DNA of 64,000 nucleotides from Candidatus Woesearchaeota archaeon. Its GTDB lineage: Archaea > Nanobdellota > Nanobdellia > Woesearchaeales > UBA10216. The number at the start of each line of letters is the position of its first letter. Within the stretch, counting starts at the first letter, position 1. Positions 57,179 to 64,000 of this stretch are shown in pieces. The notes under the pieces are model-generated. The model ran no database searches. It had not been told where the DNA came from and saw nothing but the letters and a program-made list of their open reading frames with translations. The position numbers and the translations under genes are program-made. The stretch spans positions 38,979 through 102,978 of the forward strand of contig NZCN01000002.1 in assembly GCA_002688315.1 (NCBI GenBank), written 5' to 3'.

Positions 57179-57192
57179 CTTTTATATATGGG
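57179..57192 (+). promoter_or_regulatory. TATA-box-like element 'TTTTATATATGGG' upstream of the surface-protein gene cluster
   Basis: A/T-rich 'cttttatatatggg' ~55 nt upstream of the probable ATG at 57245. Nearly identical to the element at 60677. Confidence 0.35.
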
Positions 57193-57226
57193 AGTAAGAC
57201 TTCCAAATTAACCTGTTAATTAAACT

Positions 57227-58696
57227 TTGCTTGGAGATTCAAAAATGCCAAATCTGACTGATATCTTAAACAGAACTGAGGATATTGTTAAAAACACAGT
57301 CACTTTTGTTCCAACTGTTGCTGATAGATTTCTTGTTCAAAATGTAGTTAAAGGCAGTCAGAATCTTCCTGCCAGCGTTAAACAGTTCAATAGAGACCAT
57401 ATATTAAGAAACTCTCTCACTGATCGTTTGAAAGATTCAAATTCCAAGACCAGAAAAGCATTAAGCACTGTTTTGGGTTATGGTGTTCCTGTTGCTGCCT
57501 TAGCTGTTGCAGACAAGGTGTTGGGCACAGACACTGCTCCTATCAGGTCAGCTATTGACGAGATTGGGAAGTGGTATGGAAACAGCTGGCAAATCGCTAC
57601 TCCAATCACTGCTGGCGGCGCTGCCATGCTTGCTGCAACTCAAAGAAACGTAAGAGGCGCTGTTTCCACTGGCGCTAATTCTGCTGGAAGCTTTGTTTAC
57701 GATAACGCTTTACTGCCTGTTGCTCATGGTTTTAGAGGTATTTATAGAAATGCACGCGATCACCCGTTTATATGGGGCTACAGTGTATTTGGAGCAGCTC
57801 TTGGTTTAACCGTTGTTGCTGGTGCTGCTTATGCATTATTAACAAAAGACGATGCTTCTGAAGAAGCTCAAGAACCTATTGTTGCTACCGCACCTGTTAC
57901 TGAGCCTATTGATGGAAGCGTAGTCTTTAATTATTTAGAACAATATTTAGATGAGCATCTTAATGCTGCTAAGGTTTTCTTTAAAGCTTACTCGCCTGTT
58001 AGTCTTACTACAGACGATTTGAGAAGCATTGCTGATGTTATCAGTCAAATGCCAACTGCTGTTCCTGCTGATAACTTTGATGCAGGACGAGTAGTAAGAT
58101 TGATAGATGGTATTCTTGCAAGTAAAGGTTATGTTGACCAAGCTAGTTTAGATGCTGCTGTTGTAGGTGAGGTTGTAAAGAGTCTTACCGCTACTCCAAC
58201 TTATACTCATGTTCCTCCTGCTACTGAGACTCCTGTTCCTCCTACTCCTGTTCCAGCTACTCCTGTTCCAGCTACTCCTGTTCCTCCTGCTACTGGAACT
58301 CCTGTTCCTCCTGCTACTGAGACTCCTGTTCCTCCAGGCATTGCAGCATTGCAAGATGCTTTCGTGTATGGATTTTCAAAACAGCTAACAAGTGATATGT
58401 ATGACAGTAATCCTAATAGATTTTTAGACGCATTTGGTGTTGTTCCAGGCGCACGTAGCCAAATACTTAACTGGTTTGATGGAGATCTTGCTAATGCAGA
58501 AGCAGTAACTATTGATGGTGTGGCTATGGTAATTAATGGTGTTGATAACATATCAAAGATTTATTTAAGTGAACAAGGAAGAGGAGCTGAATTTTCTGAT
58601 GTTGTAGCACAAACTGCTAAGAACTTCACATTAGATTTTATGAGAGACAATCCAGAAAGAATTGAGGACGTTGTTGTAATTGAAGCAGGTAATTAA
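57227..58696 (+). CDS. Membrane-anchored protein with cytoplasmic N-domain, single TM, Pro/Thr-rich repeat linker and extracytoplasmic C-domain (probable ATG start at 57245)
   Basis: No N-terminal signal peptide. Internal TM 'FIWGYSVFGAALGLTVVAGAAYALL'. Repeat linker 'PATETPVPPTPVPATPVPATPVPPATGTPVPPATETPVPP'. GC is visibly higher than in the neighbouring genes. Confidence 0.5.
   Translation: MLGDSKMPNLTDILNRTEDIVKNTVTFVPTVADRFLVQNVVKGSQNLPASVKQFNRDHILRNSLTDRLKDSNSKTRKALSTVLGYGVPVAALAVADKVLGTDTAPIRSAIDEIGKWYGNSWQIATPITAGGAAMLAATQRNVRGAVSTGANSAGSFVYDNALLPVAHGFRGIYRNARDHPFIWGYSVFGAALGLTVVAGAAYALLTKDDASEEAQEPIVATAPVTEPIDGSVVFNYLEQYLDEHLNAAKVFFKAYSPVSLTTDDLRSIADVISQMPTAVPADNFDAGRVVRLIDGILASKGYVDQASLDAAVVGEVVKSLTATPTYTHVPPATETPVPPTPVPATPVPATPVPPATGTPVPPATETPVPPGIAALQDAFVYGFSKQLTSDMYDSNPNRFLDAFGVVPGARSQILNWFDGDLANAEAVTIDGVAMVINGVDNISKIYLSEQGRGAEFSDVVAQTAKNFTLDFMRDNPERIEDVVVIEAGN
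58209..58336 (+). repeat. In-frame tandem ~15-nt DNA repeats (ACTCCTGTTCC(A/T)(G/C)CT) encoding the Pro/Thr linker
   Basis: 'gttcctcctgctactgagactcctgttcctcctactcctgttccagctactcctgttccagctactcctgttcctcctgctactgg...'. Confidence 0.7.
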
Positions 58697-58711
58697 AGGT
58701 GAGTTTTAAAA

Positions 58712-60172
58712 ATGAGATTTTTCCTAATAATTTTTCTTTCAGCATTCTTGTTGACAGTTTTATCTACTTCTGTTAGTGCTTTTTGCGGAGATAACAAATG
58801 TATTGATAGTGAGCAAAGCTGGTGTAATCTTGATTGTTCTGATCCTGATCCAGTTGCTGAGTGTGGTAATGATGAATGTGAAGTTGGAGAAGAATCTTGG
58901 TGCACGTTGGATTGTCATGTGATTGATACTCCAGAACAAAAATCATGCACTACAAATACAAACACTTATGCTCCAAGTGATGAGCCTTACGAATTTAATG
59001 CTGATAAATATGAAACAGAGTTTAGCGGAAGTGTTAAAACTGTATGCCCTGCTCTTAATAGCAAAGCTTTTTTGATTTGTAATGATGAAGGTGAATTTGT
59101 TCTTGACGATTGCACTACTCCTTTTTACAGATGCACAACTCTTGGTTTTACTGAAGTAGCTCAAGTTTGTAATGTACCAGGCACTGCAAGCAATGATGCA
59201 GGCAGTGTTGTTAGCGAATATAGTGATTTGAATATAATTCCTCTTTACTGCAGTGATGAAGGTAAATTTGACGATATTATATTAACTTGTGGTGAAGGAG
59301 AAAACATACATCGTACTTTTTGCGAAATGGAAAAATCTTCTGTGCACGAACCTATTGTGACTTCAGAGCCTGAATGCAAAGATACAAGAATCACAATTAT
59401 AGATGCTCCACCTGCTCCTGCGCCAAGTCCTGCTCCTGATCCTAGTCCAACTCCGACTCCAGATCCAACTCCTGTTCCAAACAGCAATCCAACTATAACT
59501 GATTTTAATGTTCCTCTTACCGCTGATAAAGGTAGTCAGATAACAATCTCTGTTACTGCTACTGATTCAGACGGTACTATTGATAGGATAGAAATCTTGC
59601 AGGACTCTGATATTATAAAGAGTGAATCATGCGGCAATATTGCTACGTGCGCAAAATCGTTTGTAGTTCAAGTTCCGAATGCTTTCAGCACTGCTTACAA
59701 GTTCATTGCAAGAGCTTTTGACAATTTAGGCGCTTCTGCAACTAGAGAATCAGAAGAAGGTACAACAAACCCAGAGGTAATCCCTGATACTCCAGAAACA
59801 CCTGAACCAGAGCCTGATGAAGCTTTGGATGATGTTAAAGTAAAGCACTCAGGAGATTTGTTTGTTTCAACTGTTGCTCCTGGTGAAAGTTGTGTTTCTC
59901 CTGGTGCTGAGACTTTCTTATACGCGTCATTAAAGAATAACGGAGATAAAACAGTCAAGAATGTTAAGATAATTGCAGTAGTCTACGACCTTTCTTTAAG
60001 GGCTGTTTCAAACAATTTTAATATAAGAAGAGATGAGTCTGTTTCAAGATTCCTTAACTTTGATGTTCCTGAAGATGCAGAGGAAGGTCTTTACTACATG
60101 AAAATTTCTGTAAATTCCCAGAAAGACTCTATTGTTAAGTACAGAGTTTTCGAAGTTAATAACGTATGCTAA
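58712..60172 (+). CDS. Secreted cysteine-rich surface protein: signal peptide, two CGDxxC...E...WC.LDC repeats, P/T/S linker, Ig-like domain, C-terminal CARDB-like module
   Basis: Signal 'MRFFLIIFLSAFLLTVLSTSVSA'. 'CGDNKCIDSEQSWCNLDCS' and 'CGNDECEVGEESWCTLDCH'. 'PAPAPSPAPDPSPTPTPDPTPVP'. C-terminal 'FDVPEDAEEGLYYMKISVNSQKDSIVKYRVFEV' shared with the next two ORFs. 'aggtga' ribosome-binding site 8 nt upstream. Confidence 0.55.
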   Translation: MRFFLIIFLSAFLLTVLSTSVSAFCGDNKCIDSEQSWCNLDCSDPDPVAECGNDECEVGEESWCTLDCHVIDTPEQKSCTTNTNTYAPSDEPYEFNADKYETEFSGSVKTVCPALNSKAFLICNDEGEFVLDDCTTPFYRCTTLGFTEVAQVCNVPGTASNDAGSVVSEYSDLNIIPLYCSDEGKFDDIILTCGEGENIHRTFCEMEKSSVHEPIVTSEPECKDTRITIIDAPPAPAPSPAPDPSPTPTPDPTPVPNSNPTITDFNVPLTADKGSQITISVTATDSDGTIDRIEILQDSDIIKSESCGNIATCAKSFVVQVPNAFSTAYKFIARAFDNLGASATRESEEGTTNPEVIPDTPETPEPEPDEALDDVKVKHSGDLFVSTVAPGESCVSPGAETFLYASLKNNGDKTVKNVKIIAVVYDLSLRAVSNNFNIRRDESVSRFLNFDVPEDAEEGLYYMKISVNSQKDSIVKYRVFEVNNVC

Positions 60173-60254
60173 TTTTCTTATTGTAATCATTTTAAAATAG
60201 CGACAAAATAATAAACTTTAAATAAACAGGCTGTTACTCGAATTTTCTGGTGAG

Positions 60255-60632
60255 TTGATGAAAAAACTATTTATTTTCGCTATTGCTTTAATGATGTTAT
60301 TTTCACTTTCTTCAGTTGCTTTTGCTGAAAAGCAGCACAAAAACATTCTTTTTAACAGTGTTTTTATCATGGAAGAAAAGCCATTAATCACTTCTTTATC
60401 ACTGGAAAACCGTAATAAAGATACTGATTTAAGGAATGGCAGAGTTGTTGTTTCAATCCCTGAGCTTGGCTTAAGAGCATCAGGAAGCGTTGATATTGAC
60501 GAAGATAGCAGAAAAACAAAGAGAGTAACCTTACCAATTCCTGAAGACGTTGTTGAAGGCGAGTATTATGTGCGCATTGTAGTGTCTAATAAAGACGGAA
60601 AACAAGTAAAGTACAGATTAATCACAATATAA
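60255..60632 (+). CDS. Small secreted protein (125 aa) consisting of one CARDB-like module
   Basis: Signal peptide 'MMKKLFIFAIALMMLFSLSSVAFA'. 'VSIPELGLRASG...LPIPEDVVEGEYYVRIVVSNKDGKQVKYRLITI' matches the module of the flanking genes. Confidence 0.5.
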   Translation: MMKKLFIFAIALMMLFSLSSVAFAEKQHKNILFNSVFIMEEKPLITSLSLENRNKDTDLRNGRVVVSIPELGLRASGSVDIDEDSRKTKRVTLPIPEDVVEGEYYVRIVVSNKDGKQVKYRLITI

Positions 60633-60676
60633 TGGCTAAAGATAGTTACTACTATAGTATACTAAATAATCGAAAA

Positions 60677-60687
60677 GTTTATATATG
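60677..60687 (+). promoter_or_regulatory. TATA-box-like element 'GTTTATATATGAG' upstream of 60749
   Basis: 'aagtttatatatgagtcg' ~62 nt upstream of the ATG. 'ggggtgg' ribosome-binding site ~10 nt before the ATG. Confidence 0.35.
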
Positions 60688-60748
60688 AGTCGTATCTAAC
60701 ATAAATGAACTCAAAAATTAAAATTTTAACACTTGGGGTGGATAAAAA

Positions 60749-62071
60749 ATGAAAAGATTAATGATTGTAATGTTCGGTTTGATTATGTCTGTATTGATGG
60801 CAGTTTCTGCCTCTGCAGCTTTGCTTGATCTAGATGACACTAAAACCACAGTTAAGGTTGATGGTGAATTGCTTGAAGAAGGCGCTACAAATGCAATAAC
60901 GCAGCTTGAGCGTGGTGAAGAGTTTGATTTGAATGTTAAGCTACAAGCTTCTAACCCAGTAGGTGCTGAAGGAGACGTAGTAGAAGATGTTGAAATAAAC
61001 GTATTTATTACAGGTTTTGAACACAGTAGTTCTGAAAAGATTTCTGATTCAGTAAGACCTTTTAATCTTGGAGCAAATGAAAATGTTGTTAAGACTTTGA
61101 CATTAAAGCTTCCTGACAGAGCTGATGAAGGTAAATATCAGGTTCGTGTTATAATTTCTGACAAGAACAATGAACCTATAGTAAAGAATTACAATATTAA
61201 GGTTGAGCCTGCTGACACAAACGTTGTTATTAAGAGCTTTGAATTAAGCCCAGAATCAGAAGTTCAGGCTGGTAGACCTGTTATATCTAATGTAAGAGTT
61301 AAGAATTTGGGAGACTCAGATGAAGATGATGTACAGGTTAAGGTTAGCATCCCTGAATTGGGTGTTTCTTCATTCGGAGGTTCTATTTTCATAGATGAAC
61401 TTGAAGAAGACAAATCCACTACTGCAGGTGAGTTTTTCCTTCACATTAACAAATGTACAAGACCAGGAATTTACGAAGCAGTTGCTCAGGTAACATTTGA
61501 TGATGGAGATGAGACAGTTACTGCTACAAAAGAAATTACTGTTACAAAAGGTAACTGTGATGTTGTAACAGCAGAATCTGGACAGGTTGTTACTGGACAA
61601 ATAACAATAACTCCTAGCCCAGAAACTCAAACAATAGTTGCTGGTAGTTCAGCAGTTTCATACCCTATTACAATAACAAACTCAGGTACTTCAACAAAGG
61701 CTTTCACACTTTCTGTTGACAGTGCTGACTGGGCTAACTTTAGAGTAAGCCCAAGCAATTTGGTTACAGTAAAGGCAGGTCAAACACAGACTGTGTTTGT
61801 ATTTGCTTCTGCTAATGCAGGAACAAGCGCTGGTGATAGAGTCTTTACAGTAAGTGTAAAGAACTCAGCTGGTGACGTCTTGAAAAACCTAGCATTAAAG
61901 GCTGATGTTGCTTCTTCAGGACGCGCAGGTGTTGGAGACTTATCAAGTCTTAGAAACGCACTTACAGCTGGCCTAATCTTTGTAGTAGCAATTTTAGTTG
62001 TTATCGGCTTATTGCTTGCTTTCCGCCGTGTAAAGGGCGGAGACGAAGGCGAAAGCCAAACTTACTACTAA
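60749..62071 (+). CDS. Cell-surface protein: signal peptide, >=2 CARDB-like modules, Thr/Ser/Ala-rich stalk, C-terminal TM anchor (S-layer/adhesin-like)
   Basis: 'MKRLMIVMFGLIMSVLMAVSASA'. 'LKLPDRADEGKYQVRVIISDKNNEPIVKNYNIKVEP'. 'VKNLGDSDEDDVQVKVSIPELGVSS...'. C-terminal 'LTAGLIFVVAILVVIGLLLAFRRVKGG'. Confidence 0.55.
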   Translation: MKRLMIVMFGLIMSVLMAVSASAALLDLDDTKTTVKVDGELLEEGATNAITQLERGEEFDLNVKLQASNPVGAEGDVVEDVEINVFITGFEHSSSEKISDSVRPFNLGANENVVKTLTLKLPDRADEGKYQVRVIISDKNNEPIVKNYNIKVEPADTNVVIKSFELSPESEVQAGRPVISNVRVKNLGDSDEDDVQVKVSIPELGVSSFGGSIFIDELEEDKSTTAGEFFLHINKCTRPGIYEAVAQVTFDDGDETVTATKEITVTKGNCDVVTAESGQVVTGQITITPSPETQTIVAGSSAVSYPITITNSGTSTKAFTLSVDSADWANFRVSPSNLVTVKAGQTQTVFVFASANAGTSAGDRVFTVSVKNSAGDVLKNLALKADVASSGRAGVGDLSSLRNALTAGLIFVVAILVVIGLLLAFRRVKGGDEGESQTYY

Positions 62072-62143
62072 AACTTTTTTTTGTTTAATTGTTTTTTTCT
62101 TATTTTTCGTTTTGTCATCTTATTTTTACATTGTAGAATTATA

Positions 62144-62252
62144 CGCCGGGGACGGGACTTTCACCCGTGAGATGATTTGAACCCGCGTGAGAGCGGGTAC
62201 TCTCATCTGGATCTTAAGTCCAGCGCTTTAAGCCGAACTCAGCCACCCCGGC
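62144..62252 (-). tRNA. tRNA-Leu (anticodon UAA) with an ~18-nt insertion in the T-arm (putative non-canonical intron)
   Basis: Minus strand reads GCCGGGG-TG-GCTG-AGTTCGGCTTA-AAGC-G-CTGGA-CTTAAGA-TCCAG-(long variable arm GAGAG..CTCTC)-GCGGG-TTCAAAT-[CATCTCACGGGTGAAAGT]-CCCGT-CCCCGGC-G. 7-bp acceptor stem, perfect anticodon stem, canonical GGTTCAAAT T-loop. TATA-like 'atatataaa' ~20-28 nt upstream. Confidence 0.6.
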
Positions 62253-62562
62253 AATGTTTGGAAAAAATTTATATATTGGTCCTAATACACATTAATCTGA
62301 GCGGGTGCTTTCAATTGGAGTATTCAGCCACTCCGTTTTTCTTTATTTTTCATTTTCTTGTAAAGAACTAGTGGTTTAAATACCCTATCCCTGTATGTCC
62401 AATGCTAATGGTCAAAAAGGCTTAAACCTTTATTTTTGAAGACTTCAGGGCTTGAAAGCTTATTGCGCAAATCTTCCGGATTGTCCAGTGGTTTATTCGG
62501 AAACTTTTACCATAAAGTTTAAATAAAAGAATCTATTTTAAAGTAGTAACTGGGGATGTTAC

Positions 62563-63435
62563 ATGCCGGATTTTGCTTTTATTGCTATCATTGGACTTTT
62601 GTTGCTTGTTCCTTTGGAACTCTTTTTCATTATAATTCTTGCTGCTTTAACGCGCAAGCCTGAGACGCCAAAGATTGTTGTTCCTGAGCAGAAACCGCAG
62701 GAGCGTTATGGATGGGAAGATTACCTTAAAATTCCTTCTGAAAGAAAAAAGAAGCCTTTTCCTTTGCATATCTTTTTAGGTGTTGTAATCTTAGGAGTGC
62801 TGTCAATAGCATTGATAGCTCCTGTTTTCTTTTTTGGTGTTCCTTCATTTCAGCTTAACTTAACTAAAAACGAGACTATAAGCGAAATTCAAATAAATGA
62901 GTCGATTAGTGTTTCTGAACCTGCTCCAATTGCAAATATTAGCGCTCCTAAGCTTAATATTTCTTTTCCAACACTTAACGTATCTTTTCCAGAACTTGAT
63001 ATTTCCAAATTTTTCTCTGAAAAAATTAGTCCAAATAAAAAGTATATTTACGCTATTCTTGCAGCAGTTGTAATTGTTATTCTTGCTTTGGCAGTTTTCA
63101 TATTCTTTGTCAACAGGCGCAAGTTAGCAGTGATTAAGAAAGCGAAAAAAACCGCTGATAAGCTGATGAAGAAAGCAGATAAGGAAACTCCAAAGCTTTC
63201 TGGCATTAGGCAATATATTGCTCCTCTTGTCATTTTATTCTTGCTTACAGTAATTGCTTTACTTGTTTATTTTCTCCGAGATAAGGTAAGAACAGAGCTT
63301 GCTGATTTTGTTCTTAAATATTTAACAATAACAAAGACTTTTGCGCTTAATTACAGGCTTTACATTGCTGCTGGAATAGTAATCCTGCTTATTGCAATAA
63401 TTTTATTGAGGCGTCTAAGAAAATCTAGCTCTTAA
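62563..63435 (+). CDS. Membrane protein of unknown function (290 aa; N- and C-terminal TM helices, K-rich segments)
   Basis: ORF plus hydrophobicity only. Confidence 0.35.
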   Translation: MPDFAFIAIIGLLLLVPLELFFIIILAALTRKPETPKIVVPEQKPQERYGWEDYLKIPSERKKKPFPLHIFLGVVILGVLSIALIAPVFFFGVPSFQLNLTKNETISEIQINESISVSEPAPIANISAPKLNISFPTLNVSFPELDISKFFSEKISPNKKYIYAILAAVVIVILALAVFIFFVNRRKLAVIKKAKKTADKLMKKADKETPKLSGIRQYIAPLVILFLLTVIALLVYFLRDKVRTELADFVLKYLTITKTFALNYRLYIAAGIVILLIAIILLRRLRKSSS

Positions 63436-64000
63436 GCTGCTCATAAATTACTTCTGATACTATCTTATTCCCTTTTTCATTAAAGTGCCTGTCAAAATCA
63501 TAATAAACTTTTTCTTCTGCTTCCCTTAGTTGCGGAAGCGGGTCTATTACTGTTATGCTGCTTTCTTCTCCAAACTCTTTTATTAGCCTGTTTAGCTTTT
63601 CCATGTCAAAGTCTTTGCTTGTAATGCCATAACGTTCTGTTAGTGGTTTCCAGCTGTCTTCTTCCACTTGAAATTTATCAGGTATTATTAAGATGATGAA
63701 TTCTGAACCGCTTTCTTTGACAACTTCTGCAGTTTCTTTGAGCAGGCGTTTTGTTGTGTTCCAGTTTTCAGCGGTTTTTCCTTTATACGGCTCTTTGGTG
63801 AAATATGTTAGCAGGCTTCCTTGTATTGCAGGCTCTAGCTCGCGTTTTGTCAAGCGAGATTTTATGTTAAGGGCATTGTCTTTTAGCATGCAATAACTTT
63901 CTGCTTTTGTATTCAGAAAAATCCTTAAATTAAACAGTGGAAGTGGCATGTTTGCATAGTTGTCATTAACTAAGTACCCTTTTCTTACGTTTGACATACA
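63425..64000 (-). CDS. SGNH-like hydrolase domain protein, C-terminal part (5' end may lie beyond the window)
   Basis: C-terminal 'YDFDRHFNEKGNKIVSEVIYEQL' (DxxH block) resembles the other SGNH paralogs. The ORF runs to within 3 nt of the window edge. Confidence 0.4.
   Translation of the reverse strand, partial: CMSNVRKGYLVNDNYANMPLPLFNLRIFLNTKAESYCMLKDNALNIKSRLTKRELEPAIQGSLLTYFTKEPYKGKTAENWNTTKRLLKETAEVVKESGSEFIILIIPDKFQVEEDSWKPLTERYGITSKDFDMEKLNRLIKEFGEESSITVIDPLPQLREAEEKVYYDFDRHFNEKGNKIVSEVIYEQLKS

Noticed and set aside
62177-62371. 64-aa ORF overlapping the tRNA-Leu region
   Set aside because: It is antisense to a well-formed tRNA and spans an intergenic region. It is almost certainly spurious.
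57227-63435. Integrated provirus or mobile element next to the tRNA-Leu
   Set aside because: No integrase, recombinase, capsid-like or terminase-like genes. The flanking genes are surface or membrane proteins. Only a weak tRNA-like fragment is present (reported separately at low interest).
1-64000. CRISPR array or other long direct-repeat arrays
   Set aside because: No regularly spaced direct repeats were seen. The only tandem repeats are the in-frame 15-nt coding repeats at 58209..58336.
1-64000. Bacterial (CPR) rather than archaeal origin, given the CPR-like Cys-rich repeats and Shine-Dalgarno-type ribosome-binding sites
   Set aside because: An STT3/AglB with the WWDFG motif, a GGR-family reductase, A/T-rich TATA-like elements ~25-60 nt upstream of starts, and a tRNA with an apparent non-canonical intron all favour an archaeon. 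Shine-Dalgarno-type sites are also used by many archaea.

Overview
This is a low-GC (~35%) window that is almost entirely a cell-envelope and protein-glycosylation island, most likely from an archaeon. Three things point to an archaeon. There is an STT3/AglB oligosaccharyltransferase with a WWDFG motif. A geranylgeranyl-reductase homolog sits beside it, and a tRNA-Leu(UAA) carries an apparent non-canonical insertion. TATA-like elements such as 'TTTATATA' (ttatat/ttaaaa) lie upstream of several genes. The lineage looks like an uncultivated, possibly DPANN-type organism, but that is inference only.

The gene content is dominated by glycan-building and glycan-decorating enzymes:
- About 12 GT2 glycosyltransferases, several of them Dpm1-like (dolichol-phosphate-mannose-synthase-like) dolichyl-phosphate-sugar synthases.
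- 4 GT4 glycosyltransferases.
- About 6 large polytopic GT-C (PMT_2/ArnT-like) membrane glycosyltransferases.
- 6 membrane-anchored SGNH-fold esterase/acyltransferase-type proteins.
- One MBOAT plus SGNH O-acetylation pair.
- Two NodU/CmcH-type carbamoyltransferases, one flanked by SxtJ-like and DUF5989-like small proteins.
- Nucleotide-sugar enzymes: GDP-fucose synthase, two SDR epimerase/dehydratases and a DegT aminotransferase.
- A Wzx-type flippase, GtrA-like proteins and three SAM methyltransferases.
- A B12-binding radical-SAM gene paired with an FAD-oxidoreductase gene, next to a processive GT2.

Around these sit two type II toxin-antitoxin pairs (RelE-like and HicAB) and a possibly foreign two-gene cassette. 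At the 3' end there is a cluster of four surface or secreted proteins that share a CARDB-like module, followed by the tRNA.

The most unusual item is the AglB gene, which encodes one continuous 1138-aa protein. Its N-terminus is a K/E/D-rich disordered extension and its C-terminus is an FKBP-type peptidyl-prolyl isomerase domain fused in frame. Also notable is a family of three related intergenic inverted-repeat hairpins with a CTCCTCCCC core.

All calls rest on motif recognition by eye against the supplied ORF translations. No database searches were possible, and start codons are approximate.
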